Shown here: positions 1 to 10,225 of the stretch, piece after piece
Position numbering within the stretch: the first letter of the stretch is position 1
Layout of the letters: each line of letters starts with the position of its first letter
DNA from: Candidatus Eiseniibacteriota bacterium
Lineage (GTDB): Bacteria; Eisenbacteria; RBG-16-71-46; JABDJR01
Direction: 5' to 3'
NCBI GenBank assembly: GCA_963783375.1
Contig: CAWANH010000029.1
Span: forward strand, 1,280,001-1,344,000
DNA: 64,000 bases
The notes under the pieces: model-generated
Database searches by the model: none
What the model saw: the letters and a program-made list of their open reading frames with translations, nothing else
Told to the model about the DNA's origin: nothing
Made by a program: the position numbers and the translations under genes

Positions 1-123
1 CTCACCGCCGGAGAGCACGTGATCGGTTTCCGGGTGGAGGACGTCCGCCCGGCGAACGATCATCACGACTTCGGCTACTGGCGAGTGTCGGCGGTGATGG
101 AGGGATGGCCGACTGGGCCCTGA
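1..123 (+). CDS. 3' end of a gene truncated by the window edge; possibly a peptide-N-glycosidase F-like C-terminus
   Basis: Frame 1 reads LTAGEHVIGFRVEDVRPANDHHDFGYWRVSAVMEGWPTGP* with GC3-rich codons. The family guess rests only on loose resemblance. Confidence 0.35.
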   Translation, partial: LTAGEHVIGFRVEDVRPANDHHDFGYWRVSAVMEGWPTGP

Positions 124-189
124 CCCGGCGGTGTGCTAGAGTTCCAGCACCCCCGGTCGGAAAGGATCCGCTCCGTGACCGTTTCCCGT

Positions 190-1155
190 ATGACCCTCGC
201 GCTCCTCGCGATTGCCCTCGTGTGCGCCCTCGCTGGCCCGGCCTCCGCCCAGCAGGTCGCCGACACCAGCTTCGTGAGCCGGCTCGACCATCCCACCTTC
301 GCCAAGGGCCAGGGCCCGCGGGTGGTGATCGACGGCGCCCACCACAACTATCACACCGCCGACGGACGCTACTGGCCCTTCGCTGAGCTACTGCGCACCG
401 ACGGCTACCGGGTGCGCGGCTCCGGCGTCCGGTTCACGCCGGAGGCCCTGAAGGACGCCGACCTCCTGGTGATCGCCAACGCCCTGGCCGCGGAGAACGA
501 GAGCGGATACGACTGGGTGCTTCCCGTGGCCTCCGCACTCGACTCCGCCGAGGTCGCGGCGGTGGCGGACTGGGTGCGGGGCGGGGGTGCGCTGCTCCTG
601 ATCGCCGACCACATGCCCTTCCCCGGCGCGGTGAGCCACCTCGCCGAGGCCTTCGACGTCCACCTCATGGACGGCTTCCTATTCGCCGGGCCGGATCTCT
701 CGGAAGGGACCTTCGATTTCGCGAAGCCGGGGGCGACGGCGCCGGCAGGCGCGTTCGTGGCCGGAACCCTGGCCGATCACCCGATCACCCGAGGCTCCCC
801 CGCCGGCGAGGCGATTCCTTTCGTGCGGACCTTCACCGGCGAAGGGTTCCGCGTCCCGCCGGACGCGACGAGCCTTCTCACCCTCGGCGAGCCCTCGGCG
901 GTTCTCTTCCCCGCCGTGGCCTGGCAGTTTTCCAAGCTCACCCCCAACGTCTCGGCCGAAGGGCTCTCCCAGGGGGCGGTGCTGCAGTTCGGCCAGGGCC
1001 GGGTGGCGGTGTTCGGGGAGGCGGCCATGTTCACCGCCCAGCTCGCCGGACCGAACCGCGTGCCGGTCGGGATGAACGATCCGGCCGCGCCCCACAACAA
1101 GCAGTTCCTGTTGAACCTGGTGCACTGGCTGACCGGGACGGCCGCGAAGCGCTGA
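190..1155 (+). CDS. Secreted DUF4350 / class I glutamine amidotransferase-like protein
   Basis: Signal peptide (MTLALLAIALVCALAGPASA); VVIDGAHHNYH, GGALLLIADHMPF and GRVAVFGEAAMFTAQ motifs. ATG at 190 preferred over GTG at 133. Confidence 0.75.
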   Translation: MTLALLAIALVCALAGPASAQQVADTSFVSRLDHPTFAKGQGPRVVIDGAHHNYHTADGRYWPFAELLRTDGYRVRGSGVRFTPEALKDADLLVIANALAAENESGYDWVLPVASALDSAEVAAVADWVRGGGALLLIADHMPFPGAVSHLAEAFDVHLMDGFLFAGPDLSEGTFDFAKPGATAPAGAFVAGTLADHPITRGSPAGEAIPFVRTFTGEGFRVPPDATSLLTLGEPSAVLFPAVAWQFSKLTPNVSAEGLSQGAVLQFGQGRVAVFGEAAMFTAQLAGPNRVPVGMNDPAAPHNKQFLLNLVHWLTGTAAKR

Positions 1156-1219
1156 GCGGACTCCCGCGCCGGGGCCTCGCGTATCGCCGCCAATCCATCC
1201 CGCCGCGGGACCGCCCGGG

Positions 1220-4200
1220 TCACCGCGCCGAGCGCACCACCACCAACCGGTCGGCGAAGGTCTCCCCCGCGGTCTGGAGTCGGTAGAAGTACACCCCGGT
1301 CGCCGCGGCACGACCGGCGTCGTCCCGGCCGTCCCAGCGGGCGGTGTTGAGGCCCTTGTCCCCTCGGCCGTCGAACACCGTGGTCACGTGCCGGCCGGCG
1401 AGATCGTAGATCTCCACCCGCGCCGGGCCCGCCGCGGCCAGGCTGAAGGTGATGGCGCCCGCCACGCCGCCCCGGAACGGGTTGGGCGCGAAGCCGAGGA
1501 GCGCGGTCACCGGCTTCCCGCCGGGCTGCCCGGGCACCGCGGTGACCGGAAAGCTCGTGGGACAGGGGTCGGCCGGAGTCGATCCGAAATAGGAGAGCAC
1601 CTCGCTCAAGCGCTGCCGGACCGCATCGGTGCCGGCGCAATCGGCGGCGGAGCGGCGCCGGGCCACCGACACCCCGTCCACCACCGTGCGACGGAGCTTG
1701 GTCCCGGAGTCGACCAGGAAGTCGTTGGCGATCGAGGCGTACTCCGCCGAGCCCTTGTCCGGTCCCTCGTAGGTCTCGTCGGGAAGCGGCGATCCGTAGA
1801 CGACGGCGCTCGACGGCCCCATCACGTTGAACTTGTGGAAATCCGGACACCCGTTCCCGGCCGCGACCTGACCGGGCCCCCGTCCCAGGGGTGCCGCGAC
1901 CGGAGGGGTCGCGATCGCGGCCAAACCCATGCACGGCGTGTTGTCGGCCGCGGTGCCCATCGGACAGTTGTAGGAGTGAACCGCGCTGCACACCCAATCG
2001 ACGCCGCAGACCTCGCTCAGAAGGCTCGCCGGAAACGGGTTCCCCGAGGAGGCCGCGGCATAGGCCGTGGACACCAGCCGGTCCCCGCTGAGATAGAGCC
2101 CGGATACCTTGGGAAGCCCGGCCACGGGAAGCGTGAGCCAGGACCGCAACACGACCGCGTCCCCCGCGGTGAGGGCGAAGTAGGTGGTTCCGTTGCCGGT
2201 GTCGAAGAGAATGAACCGGTACTTGGCGAGCTGGTCCAGCGTAGCCCCGTACTTGCTCCCCTGGGGTCTCCCCAGCGAGGCCGAGGCAGGGATGTCCATG
2301 CGGTCCCAGGCCGTTCCCTCGTAGTTCGTCGAGCCGGCGGGGTAATAGCCGGCGAGCCCCCCCTCGATGGTCGACCGGGCGGCGGGGTCCTTGGTGGCGT
2401 TCACATAGAGAACACAGTTGAAGGTGGTGTCGGCGGCCATCGAGGACGGGAGGACCTCCATCTCCAGGGTGTTCCCCCCGGCGGTGTCCGGCACCGTGGA
2501 CCAGGCGTCGTATCCGGGGTAGCTGGGCGAGCTCGGGAGGTAGCGCGCCTTGTAGAAGAGCATCAGCCGCGATCCGGGGGTGAGGAGGTCATCCGGAAAG
2601 ACCTCGTTGGCCAGACGGCTGTTGTGGCCCAGGAGATCGAGGTCCGAGGCGTCGTGATCGGTATCGGAGCCGGTGAAGTTCGGATCCTCCTCGTGGTACG
2701 CGGTCATCCAGATCATGGACGCGTTCGAGGAGGCGGTTCCGTGGGCGCCGTTCTGCTCCGCGGTGTCGATCCGGGCCGAGTACCAGTCCAGCCCGCGCCA
2801 CGCGCCCTCATACCGCTGGTCCCCCAGCCAGGCGCCCAGGGCCGAACCGTCGATGCCGGGACCGGGCGCCACCGCGAACTGGACCCGGACCTCCGCCCCC
2901 CCCAGCGCCCCGCGGACGAGCAGGGTGTCCCCCAGGCTCGAGTTGGCCTCCTCGAAGGTGGTGCGGGTGGCGCGGTCCACCCGCCCCGGCGACGAGAACC
3001 CCAGGGTCCCGTCGGTGGGGAACGCGTCCTGAGGGCCTTCTCCGGCGCTCAAGCTCAGGAGCGGGGCGGAGGGTTCCCCGTATACCCCGAACCGGACGTT
3101 GTCGATGTAAGGGCTGGGGTTCCCCTGGCCGGTGCAGATCCCGGTGAACGAGGCGCAAAAGCTGAACACGCCGATCGCGATCCGGACCTGGGTCGCTTCG
3201 GGTGGGATGAGATCGGTGAGATCCAGGCGGAACGGGTAGTTTCCGCTTCCGTAGCAATCCGGGCCGGATGTGATGTAGAAGTCCCCGGTGCTGACGAACG
3301 GGCTGGCCGGGGACGTTCCGCCTCCGGAGCAGGTGAACGGGGACCATTGCACCTGGACGTCGATGCCGACGCCGTCCTCGAAGAGGAGATCCTGATACCC
3401 TTCGAACTCGATCAGGCGCCCCGGCTTCCCGGCCGCCCCGGCCCGGACGAGATCGATCCAGGGCGAGATCGCCAGGTTGTGCTGGTAGAGGTTGTGTTCG
3501 GGATCCAGTTTGTCCCGGAAGACCAGGACCGAGTCGGCAAGGACGCAGGGGCAGCTCGACTCCGCCGGCGGCAGATCGGCGGAGGCGGCGATGTCGGACC
3601 AGTCCCCTCCCGGGCCCGGCGTGGCCGGGAGCAACCCCCATCCCCCGTCGTCGGACTCGAAGTCCTGGTAGTCGCTCACCCCGCCCCCGAGAATCGAGAC
3701 GTCGTCCACCGCGAACGCGCCGCAGGAGGTGGCGTTCAGGCCGTCCTCATCCGAGTAGCTGGCGTCGGATTCCATGCAGAACCGGAGCGTGAAGGGACCG
3801 GGGCTGCTCCGGAGAGTCGTCCCGGGAACGAGGACCAGCGAGGCGCTTCCGGAGGTGGCGCCGGTATAGCTCGCGAGTTCCAGGTCGGCCGCGGAGCCGT
3901 TCCCGGTGGTGTCCACCCGGACGTACGAGAAATCGTACCCGTCCTCGGTGTCGTTCACGAAATCGTAATCGAAGGTCACGGGGGCGGCCGAGGTCAGGGT
4001 GAACGTCTTTCCCCGGCAGATCCGCCAGCCGTTCCCGTAGCCGGGGCCGGCGGCGGCGTAGCAGAGATCGTTCGCCTCCTCGGCGAGCACGCCGCACCAG
4101 AGCGACGCGTCGCCCCCCAGACCCACCGCGCTGCCCACGCACGGCGATCCCATGAAGTCCGAGACGGTGAGCCGCCGGAAGTAGGTCGCCTCGCTGTAGG

Positions 4201-4588
4201 TCAGATCGGTGCCGACCCAACCTTCCATGGTCGCGTGGAGTTCCTGCCCCGACGGGGCCGGATTCTGGGGGCTTCCGTACTTGAACGGGTTCACCCCGGG
4301 AATCGAGTAGTCGTAGCCCGAGCCGACGCCGGAATCGAAGGTCCAGACGCCCCCGGGGATGGCTTCCCAGCGGACCGAATCCGCCGCCCACACCGTCCCT
4401 CCAAACCATGCGGTGTCCTGGGAGGCGGCGCCGAGGACGCCGGCCGGCGGGGAGGAGTGGATCGTCCGCTCCCCGGCCGCCGCCTCCATCGTGCGGACGT
4501 GCGTGGGGTCGATGACCGGGGGGCGCGCGGCGGCGACGGCGGGGAGGAAGAGACCGATGAGGACGACGGCCGCGTGTCGGTTTGTCAT
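1220..4588 (-). CDS. Large Cys-rich secreted protein with a C-terminal FlgD-Ig / T9SS-like sorting domain
   Basis: N-terminal signal peptide; GGAGG RBS; C-terminus PNPF...IYDLAGRHV...WDGRDDAGRAAATGVYFYRL; internal DTEDGYDFSYV and SDASYSDEDG InhA/MAM-like segment. Confidence 0.85.
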   Translation of the reverse strand: MTNRHAAVVLIGLFLPAVAAARPPVIDPTHVRTMEAAAGERTIHSSPPAGVLGAASQDTAWFGGTVWAADSVRWEAIPGGVWTFDSGVGSGYDYSIPGVNPFKYGSPQNPAPSGQELHATMEGWVGTDLTYSEATYFRRLTVSDFMGSPCVGSAVGLGGDASLWCGVLAEEANDLCYAAAGPGYGNGWRICRGKTFTLTSAAPVTFDYDFVNDTEDGYDFSYVRVDTTGNGSAADLELASYTGATSGSASLVLVPGTTLRSSPGPFTLRFCMESDASYSDEDGLNATSCGAFAVDDVSILGGGVSDYQDFESDDGGWGLLPATPGPGGDWSDIAASADLPPAESSCPCVLADSVLVFRDKLDPEHNLYQHNLAISPWIDLVRAGAAGKPGRLIEFEGYQDLLFEDGVGIDVQVQWSPFTCSGGGTSPASPFVSTGDFYITSGPDCYGSGNYPFRLDLTDLIPPEATQVRIAIGVFSFCASFTGICTGQGNPSPYIDNVRFGVYGEPSAPLLSLSAGEGPQDAFPTDGTLGFSSPGRVDRATRTTFEEANSSLGDTLLVRGALGGAEVRVQFAVAPGPGIDGSALGAWLGDQRYEGAWRGLDWYSARIDTAEQNGAHGTASSNASMIWMTAYHEEDPNFTGSDTDHDASDLDLLGHNSRLANEVFPDDLLTPGSRLMLFYKARYLPSSPSYPGYDAWSTVPDTAGGNTLEMEVLPSSMAADTTFNCVLYVNATKDPAARSTIEGGLAGYYPAGSTNYEGTAWDRMDIPASASLGRPQGSKYGATLDQLAKYRFILFDTGNGTTYFALTAGDAVVLRSWLTLPVAGLPKVSGLYLSGDRLVSTAYAAASSGNPFPASLLSEVCGVDWVCSAVHSYNCPMGTAADNTPCMGLAAIATPPVAAPLGRGPGQVAAGNGCPDFHKFNVMGPSSAVVYGSPLPDETYEGPDKGSAEYASIANDFLVDSGTKLRRTVVDGVSVARRRSAADCAGTDAVRQRLSEVLSYFGSTPADPCPTSFPVTAVPGQPGGKPVTALLGFAPNPFRGGVAGAITFSLAAAGPARVEIYDLAGRHVTTVFDGRGDKGLNTARWDGRDDAGRAAATGVYFYRLQTAGETFADRLVVVRSAR

Positions 4589-4955
4589 GTCGAGCCTCCG
4601 GGGTAAGGGAGGGTTGAAAGACGCCAGGGGCCAGGGTCGAAGGGCTCGGGGCCCGAGCGCAGTCCTCTGCCCGGGCCCTTCGGGGGGCGGGGCGGGCCAA
4701 GACCACGACGCCCAAGCCGAGCGCGAGGAGCATGAGGACCGGAACCAGTTGCAGCCTATCCGGATGCATAGCAGGCTCCCAGGGAGAGTTGCTGAAGCAG
4801 GCGGCGGGAGCCCCGTACAGGGGAAGCGCCTACCGGTCTACCAACAAATATATCTGAATTTCATTCGAGTGCAAACACTTGCGACCGGGCAAGTAGAGGA
4901 TGGACGATCTCGGACCCCTGCGGGAGAGATGCCTCGTACGCCCGGCGCGCGTTGG

Positions 4956-7900
4956 TCAGGGGGTCAAGCGGTGGGGGCGCCTTCCGGGGGGAGCGACGCG
5001 CTCGGGCGGGGAGCCGCCGGCCGCATATCCTGGAGCGCCCGCACCTCGAAGGCCCCGAGCGCGGGCGGCCTCGATCCCGCACACCGCCGCCGCCGCCCCG
5101 GGGAGGGTGGTGATGCAGGGAACCCCCTGGGCCATCGCCGCCAGCCGGATGAGCTTCTCGTCCGCCTTGGCCCGGCGCCCCTGGGGGGTGTTGAGGACCA
5201 AGCGCACGGTGCCGCCCTCGATCAGGTCCACCACGTCGGGCTTCCCCTCCCCCGCCTTGTGGACGCTTTCGACCGGCACCCCGTTCATGGCCAGGAACCG
5301 CGCCGTGCCCTCGGTGGCCACCAGGTCGAACCCCATGGTCACGAGCTGCTTGGAGAGGAACACCACCTCGCGCTTGTCGTCGTCGCGCACGCTCAGGAAC
5401 ACGGTGCCGCTCTCGGGGAGCGGCTCCCCCGCTCCCGCCTGCGCCTTGGCGTAGGCTTCCCCGAAGTGCGCGCCGGTCCCCATCACCTCGCCGGTGGATT
5501 TCATCTCGGGACCGAGCAGCGTGTCCTGCCCGGGGAACCGGTCGAAGGGAAGGACCGGCTTCTTCACGCTGATCAGGAACCGGGGCGAGCCGGGATCTCC
5601 GACCGAAGCGTCGCTCGCTTCGGGGAGCGGATCGCCGAAGATCGCGTCCACCGCAAGGTCCACCAGGGGGATCCCCGCCGCCTTGCTCACGAAGGGAACG
5701 GTGCGCGAGGCGCGGGGATTCGCCTCCAGCACGTACACCGTGTCGCCCTTGACCGCGTACTGCACGTTGATCAGCCCCCGGACCCCGAGGGCCCGGGCCA
5801 GGCGGGCGGTGATCTCCTTCAGCTCGTTTTCGCTCTCGCGGCCGATGGAGTACGGCGGGGTGAGGCACGACGAGTCGCCGGAGTGGACCCCGGCCTCCTC
5901 GACGTGCTCCAGCACCGCCCCCACGACCACATTCCGGCCGTCGGAGACCGCGTCCACGTCCAGCTCGACCGCGTCCTCCAGGAACGCGTCCAGGAGCACC
6001 GGCTCCTCCTCGGAGATGCGGATCCCCGCGGCGATCAGCGACTCCAGCTCGTTCCGCCCGTACACCGTCCGCATTCCCCGCCCGCCGAGGACGAAGGACG
6101 GCCGCACCAGGACCGGGTAGCCGATCCGCTCCGCCTCGCGGACGAGGTCCTTCCCCGCGGTGACGATCCGGCTCCGGGGCTGGCTGAGGCCGAGCTTCCG
6201 GACCAGGGAGCGCCAGAAGTCGCGGTTCTCGGCGTCGTCGATGGCCTTCCGCGGGGTGCCGAGGATCGGCCAGCGCGCCTCCTCCACCGCGCGGGCGAGC
6301 TTCAAGGGCGTCTGCCCCCCGAACTGGAGCACCACGCCCCCCGGCCGCTCCTTCTCCAGCACGTTCAGCACGTGCTCGCGGGTGAGCGGCTCGAAGTAGA
6401 GCCGGTCGGAGGTGTCGTAGTCGGTGGAGACGGTCTCGGGGTTCGAGTTCACGAACACCACCGGGCGGCCCTTCCGCCGGATCGCCTTGGCCGCGCGCAC
6501 GCAGCAGTAGTCGAACTCCACCCCCTGCCCGATCCGGTTGGGACCGCTCCCCAGCACCACCACCGCGTCCGCGCCGAGGGGCGCGCCCTCGTCCTCGCGC
6601 TCGTAGGTGGAATAGAAGTACGGGGTCTCGGCGGGAAACTCCGCCGCGCAGGTGTCGACCGCCTTGTAGACCGGCGTCACCCCCAGCCGTTTCCGGAGCG
6701 AGCGGACGTCGTCCTCGGGGAGCCGGAGGAGATGGGCCAGGTGGGCGTCCCCCAGGCCGTGGCGCTTGGCCTCGGTGAGGAGCGCGGCGGCGGCGCTCTC
6801 GTCGTTCTGCGCCAGGAGCGCCGGCAGCTCTACCCGCACCCGCTTCTCGCACCCGACCACCGTGTTCATCCGATCGAGGAACCAGCGATCGATTCCGGTC
6901 GCCCGGGCGAGTTCCTCCGGCGTCCGCCCCCGCCGGAGCGCTTCCAGGAGCTGAAACGGCCGCTTCCAGGTGGGGCGGGCCAGGGTCGCGTCGGCCGCGG
7001 GGTCGGGCGAGCGCGGGACGGCGGCGCCGGTGATGAGCCCCTCCAGATCGTCGATCTCGAGGCTCATGAGCGCCTTCATGTACGCCTCGGGGAAGGTCCG
7101 CCCGATGGCCATGACCTCCCCCACCGACTTCATGCGGGTCCCCAGGGTGTCGTCGGCCTGGGGGAACTTCTCGAAGGCCCAGCGCGGGATCTTCACCACC
7201 ACGTAGTCCAGGGTGGGCTCGAAGCAGGCGGGGGTGACCCGGGTGATGTCGTTCTGGATCTCGTCCAGGGTGTAGCCCACCGCGAGCCGGGCGGCGATCT
7301 TGGCGATGGGAAAGCCGGTGGCCTTGCTGGCCAGGGCGCTGGAGCGCGAGACCCGGGGATTCATCTCGATCACCACGATCCGCCCGTCGCGCGGGTTCAT
7401 GGCGAACTGCACGTTCGAGCCCCCGGTGTCCACCCCCACCGCGCGGAGCACCTCCAGCGCCATGTCCCGGAGCCGCTGGTACTCGCGATCGGTGAGGGTC
7501 TGGATGGGGGCCACGGTCACCGAGTCCCCGGTGTGGACCCCCATGGGATCCACGTTCTCGATCCCGCACACGATGACCGCGTTGTCGTTCCGGTCCCGCA
7601 TGACCTCCAGCTCGAACTCCTTCCAGCCGGTCAGGTCCTCCTCGATCAGCACGGTGTGGACCGGGCTCAGGCGGAGCGCGTCTCTCACGATCCGGGTGAG
7701 CGCTTCGGGGTCTTCCGCGCGGCCGCCCCCCGCCCCGCCCAGGGTGAAGCTCGGGCGGAGGATCACCGGGTAGCCGATCGCCTCGGCCTGTTCCGCGGCC
7801 TCCTCCAGGCTGTGGGCGAAGTGGGAGTTCGGGAGCGGGATGTTCGCGCGCTTCATCGTGTCCCGGAAGAGATCGCGGTCCTCGGCCTTCCGGATCGCCT

Positions 7901-8294
7901 CCAGGCTGGCCCCGATCAGCTCCACCCCCAGCCGTTCGAGAACCCCTTGTTCCGCGAGCTGGACCGCCACGTTCAGCGCGGTCTGCCCGCCCAGGGTCGG
8001 AAGCAGCGCGTCCACCCGCTCCTTCTCCAGGATCTTCGCCACCACGTCGGGGGTGATCGGCTCCAGGTAGGTCCGGTCGGCCACCTCGGGGTCGGTCATG
8101 ATGGTGGCCGGGTTCGAGTTCACCAGCACCACCCGGTAGCCCTCGTCCTTCAGCACCCGGCAGGCCTGGGTCCCGGAGTAGTCGAACTCGCAGGCCTGCC
8201 CGATCACGATGGGGCCGGAGCCGAGGATGAGGAGGGTGGTCGGGCCCGGCTTCCCGTCGCGACGGTGTACCCGGGTACTCGCTTGACTCGTCAC
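4956..8294 (-). CDS. carB: Carbamoyl-phosphate synthase large subunit
   Basis: [61 protein letters not shown] and a C-terminal MGS domain. Confidence 0.98.
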   Translation of the reverse strand: MTSQASTRVHRRDGKPGPTTLLILGSGPIVIGQACEFDYSGTQACRVLKDEGYRVVLVNSNPATIMTDPEVADRTYLEPITPDVVAKILEKERVDALLPTLGGQTALNVAVQLAEQGVLERLGVELIGASLEAIRKAEDRDLFRDTMKRANIPLPNSHFAHSLEEAAEQAEAIGYPVILRPSFTLGGAGGGRAEDPEALTRIVRDALRLSPVHTVLIEEDLTGWKEFELEVMRDRNDNAVIVCGIENVDPMGVHTGDSVTVAPIQTLTDREYQRLRDMALEVLRAVGVDTGGSNVQFAMNPRDGRIVVIEMNPRVSRSSALASKATGFPIAKIAARLAVGYTLDEIQNDITRVTPACFEPTLDYVVVKIPRWAFEKFPQADDTLGTRMKSVGEVMAIGRTFPEAYMKALMSLEIDDLEGLITGAAVPRSPDPAADATLARPTWKRPFQLLEALRRGRTPEELARATGIDRWFLDRMNTVVGCEKRVRVELPALLAQNDESAAAALLTEAKRHGLGDAHLAHLLRLPEDDVRSLRKRLGVTPVYKAVDTCAAEFPAETPYFYSTYEREDEGAPLGADAVVVLGSGPNRIGQGVEFDYCCVRAAKAIRRKGRPVVFVNSNPETVSTDYDTSDRLYFEPLTREHVLNVLEKERPGGVVLQFGGQTPLKLARAVEEARWPILGTPRKAIDDAENRDFWRSLVRKLGLSQPRSRIVTAGKDLVREAERIGYPVLVRPSFVLGGRGMRTVYGRNELESLIAAGIRISEEEPVLLDAFLEDAVELDVDAVSDGRNVVVGAVLEHVEEAGVHSGDSSCLTPPYSIGRESENELKEITARLARALGVRGLINVQYAVKGDTVYVLEANPRASRTVPFVSKAAGIPLVDLAVDAIFGDPLPEASDASVGDPGSPRFLISVKKPVLPFDRFPGQDTLLGPEMKSTGEVMGTGAHFGEAYAKAQAGAGEPLPESGTVFLSVRDDDKREVVFLSKQLVTMGFDLVATEGTARFLAMNGVPVESVHKAGEGKPDVVDLIEGGTVRLVLNTPQGRRAKADEKLIRLAAMAQGVPCITTLPGAAAAVCGIEAARARGLRGAGAPGYAAGGSPPERVAPPGRRPHRLTP

Positions 8295-8334
8295 TGGATC
8301 GCGTCCTCGGGGGTGGTTCGGGGTGAGGCCGGCA

Positions 8335-9636
8335 TCAACCGACAGGCCGGTTCGAGGTTCGAGGATCCGGGTTGCCCTTCGCCCGGAAGAGATAGCGGGC
8401 GTCCCGGGGCCCGGCGTTGGCCTCGGGGTGGAACTGCACCGCGTGGACGCGCAGGTCCGGCGCGTGGAAACCCTCCAGCACCTGGTCGTTCAGGCTCAGG
8501 TGGGTGGGCTCGACCTTCGACGGCCCGTCTCCCCCGGAGAGCGCCCGAAGCGAATCCGGATCCACCGCGAACCCGTGGTTCTGGCTGGTGATGAGGATCC
8601 GCCCGGTGGCGAGGTCCTTCACCGGATGGTTGATCCCGTGGTGGCCGTACTTCATCTTGTAGGTCCTGGCGCCGAGCGCCAGGGCCAGGACCTGGTGGCC
8701 GAGGCAGATCCCGAAGATCGGCACGCGGCCGATCACCTGGCGGACGGAGGCGATCAGGGCGGTGAGGGCGTCGGGGTCGCCGGGGCCGTTGGAGAGGAGG
8801 ATCCCGTCCGGGTCGTCCCGGAGGAGCTCCTCGGGGGTGGCGTTCGGGGCCACGATACGCACCCGCGCGCCCCGACGGCGAAGCGCGGCGTCGATCCCTT
8901 CCTTCATGCCGCAGTGGACCAGGGTGATGCGGGCGCCGTTCGCGACAAACCGGCCCGCTTCGGCGGATTCCGGGTCTCTCACCGGCGACGCGTCCCCGTT
9001 CCGGGGCTCGCGTGGGAACTCGTCGGCAAGCTCCTGCGCGCCCGCCACCGCCTCCGGCGCGCGCCCGAGGAGCCAGGACGGCCAGTCGTCGGAGCCTCGG
9101 AAGGCGGTGTCGGAGAGAGACGGGGCGACCTCCCGCACCAGGTCCCGCCCGGCCAGCCCCGGAAACGCCTTCACCCGGGCGAGGGCCACGTCGGGGGCCA
9201 CCGAGGCCGGCGCGATCACCCCCCGGAGCGCGCCCATCTCGCGGAGATGGCGGGTGAGGGCGCGGGTGTCCACCTCGGTGAGGCACGGCACCTCGTGGCG
9301 GGCGAGGTAGCCGGTCAAGGTCTCCTCGCTTCGCCAGGAACTGGGCCGGTCGGTGAGGGAGCGCACAACAATGCCGGCGAGCGCCGGCCCCGAGGCCTCG
9401 TTGTCGAAGGCGTTCACCCCGGTGTTTCCGATGTGGCTCGCGGTGAAGGTCACGATCTGGCCGCGATAGGACGGGTCGGTGATGACCTCCTGGTAGCCGG
9501 TCATCCCGGTCTGGAAGACCACCTCGCCGATCCCCGGCGCATCGTTCCGGGCGGGGAGCCCCCGCGGAACGCCGCCCACCAAGGTGCCGACGAAGCGGCG
9601 GCCGTCCTCGAGCAGGAGGTAGCCGGACGCGGTCAT
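8335..9636 (-). CDS. carA: Carbamoyl-phosphate synthase small subunit
   Basis: [38 protein letters not shown] and QFHPE. Start placed at [12 protein letters not shown]. Confidence 0.97.
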   Translation of the reverse strand: MTASGYLLLEDGRRFVGTLVGGVPRGLPARNDAPGIGEVVFQTGMTGYQEVITDPSYRGQIVTFTASHIGNTGVNAFDNEASGPALAGIVVRSLTDRPSSWRSEETLTGYLARHEVPCLTEVDTRALTRHLREMGALRGVIAPASVAPDVALARVKAFPGLAGRDLVREVAPSLSDTAFRGSDDWPSWLLGRAPEAVAGAQELADEFPREPRNGDASPVRDPESAEAGRFVANGARITLVHCGMKEGIDAALRRRGARVRIVAPNATPEELLRDDPDGILLSNGPGDPDALTALIASVRQVIGRVPIFGICLGHQVLALALGARTYKMKYGHHGINHPVKDLATGRILITSQNHGFAVDPDSLRALSGGDGPSKVEPTHLSLNDQVLEGFHAPDLRVHAVQFHPEANAGPRDARYLFRAKGNPDPRTSNRPVG

Positions 9637-9871
9637 CGGGGGGCGCCGGCCCGCGCCGGCACGAAGACGATCACCCGGATACACGCCGGTACTGGGATTG
9701 CCGGCTTGCGGACTGGGGGAAGCACCCGCCCGCCGGCTCGTGTCGACCGCCCGATGCGGCCCGCGTGTACCCGGGTAAACAAACCGCTCATGGAACCCGC
9801 CATCCGAAACTGCCCCGAAACGAACCGTGACGCCGTGCGCCTGAAGAGAACCGCAGAACCTGGCGTGCCGG

Positions 9872-10051
9872 CCCCCCCGCGAAGCGCGCGGCCTCCGGCC
9901 GAATGCCCTTCGACTCGTCGGGTCCTCCGACGGCCCCCCCCGCGAAGCGCGCGGCCTCCGGCCGAATGCCCTTCGACTCGTCGGGTCCTCCGACGGCCCG
10001 CCCCGCGAAGCGCGCGGCCTCCGGCCGAATGCCCTTCCACTCGTCGGGTCC
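9872..10051. repeat. Tandem repeat, about 2.9 copies of a 63-bp unit, in the pyrC-carA intergenic region
   Basis: GAAGCGCGCGGCCTCCGGCCGAATGCCCTTC recurs at 9881, 9944 and 10007 (period 63). The copies are near-identical. Confidence 0.95.
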
Positions 10052-10195
10052 GCTCCCTCGGACCGTCCACCGGACGCTCCTTCGGTCGCTCCTTCACCGC
10101 GAAGGGGCCCCCGCTTCGCGGCCCTTCGCGGTTCAGAACGCCTCCTCGCCCGAAGGGCAATTCGCCCCTCGGCTCGCGCCTACGCGTAGGACGGA
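10052..10195. repeat. Cluster of GC-rich hairpins and palindromes (REP-like)
   Basis: Inverted repeat ACCGCGAAGGG (10096-10106) / CCCTTCGCGGT (10122-10132); GCCC-GAA-GGGC; palindrome CCTACGCGTAGG; direct repeat CGCTCCTTC x2. Confidence 0.5.
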
Positions 10196-10225
10196 TGTCC
10201 GGCGTGGGGACAACTGCGGAAGGCG

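Noticed and set aside
1388-8591. Very long + strand ORFs (1388-4606, 4359-8591)
   Set aside because: They are antisense shadows of the FlgD protein and carB, typical of high-GC DNA. The same applies to 10271-12634, 38946-41678, 46299-49187 and similar ORFs.
9872-10051. CRISPR array
   Set aside because: The units are contiguous and nearly identical, with no unique spacers, and no cas genes are in the window.
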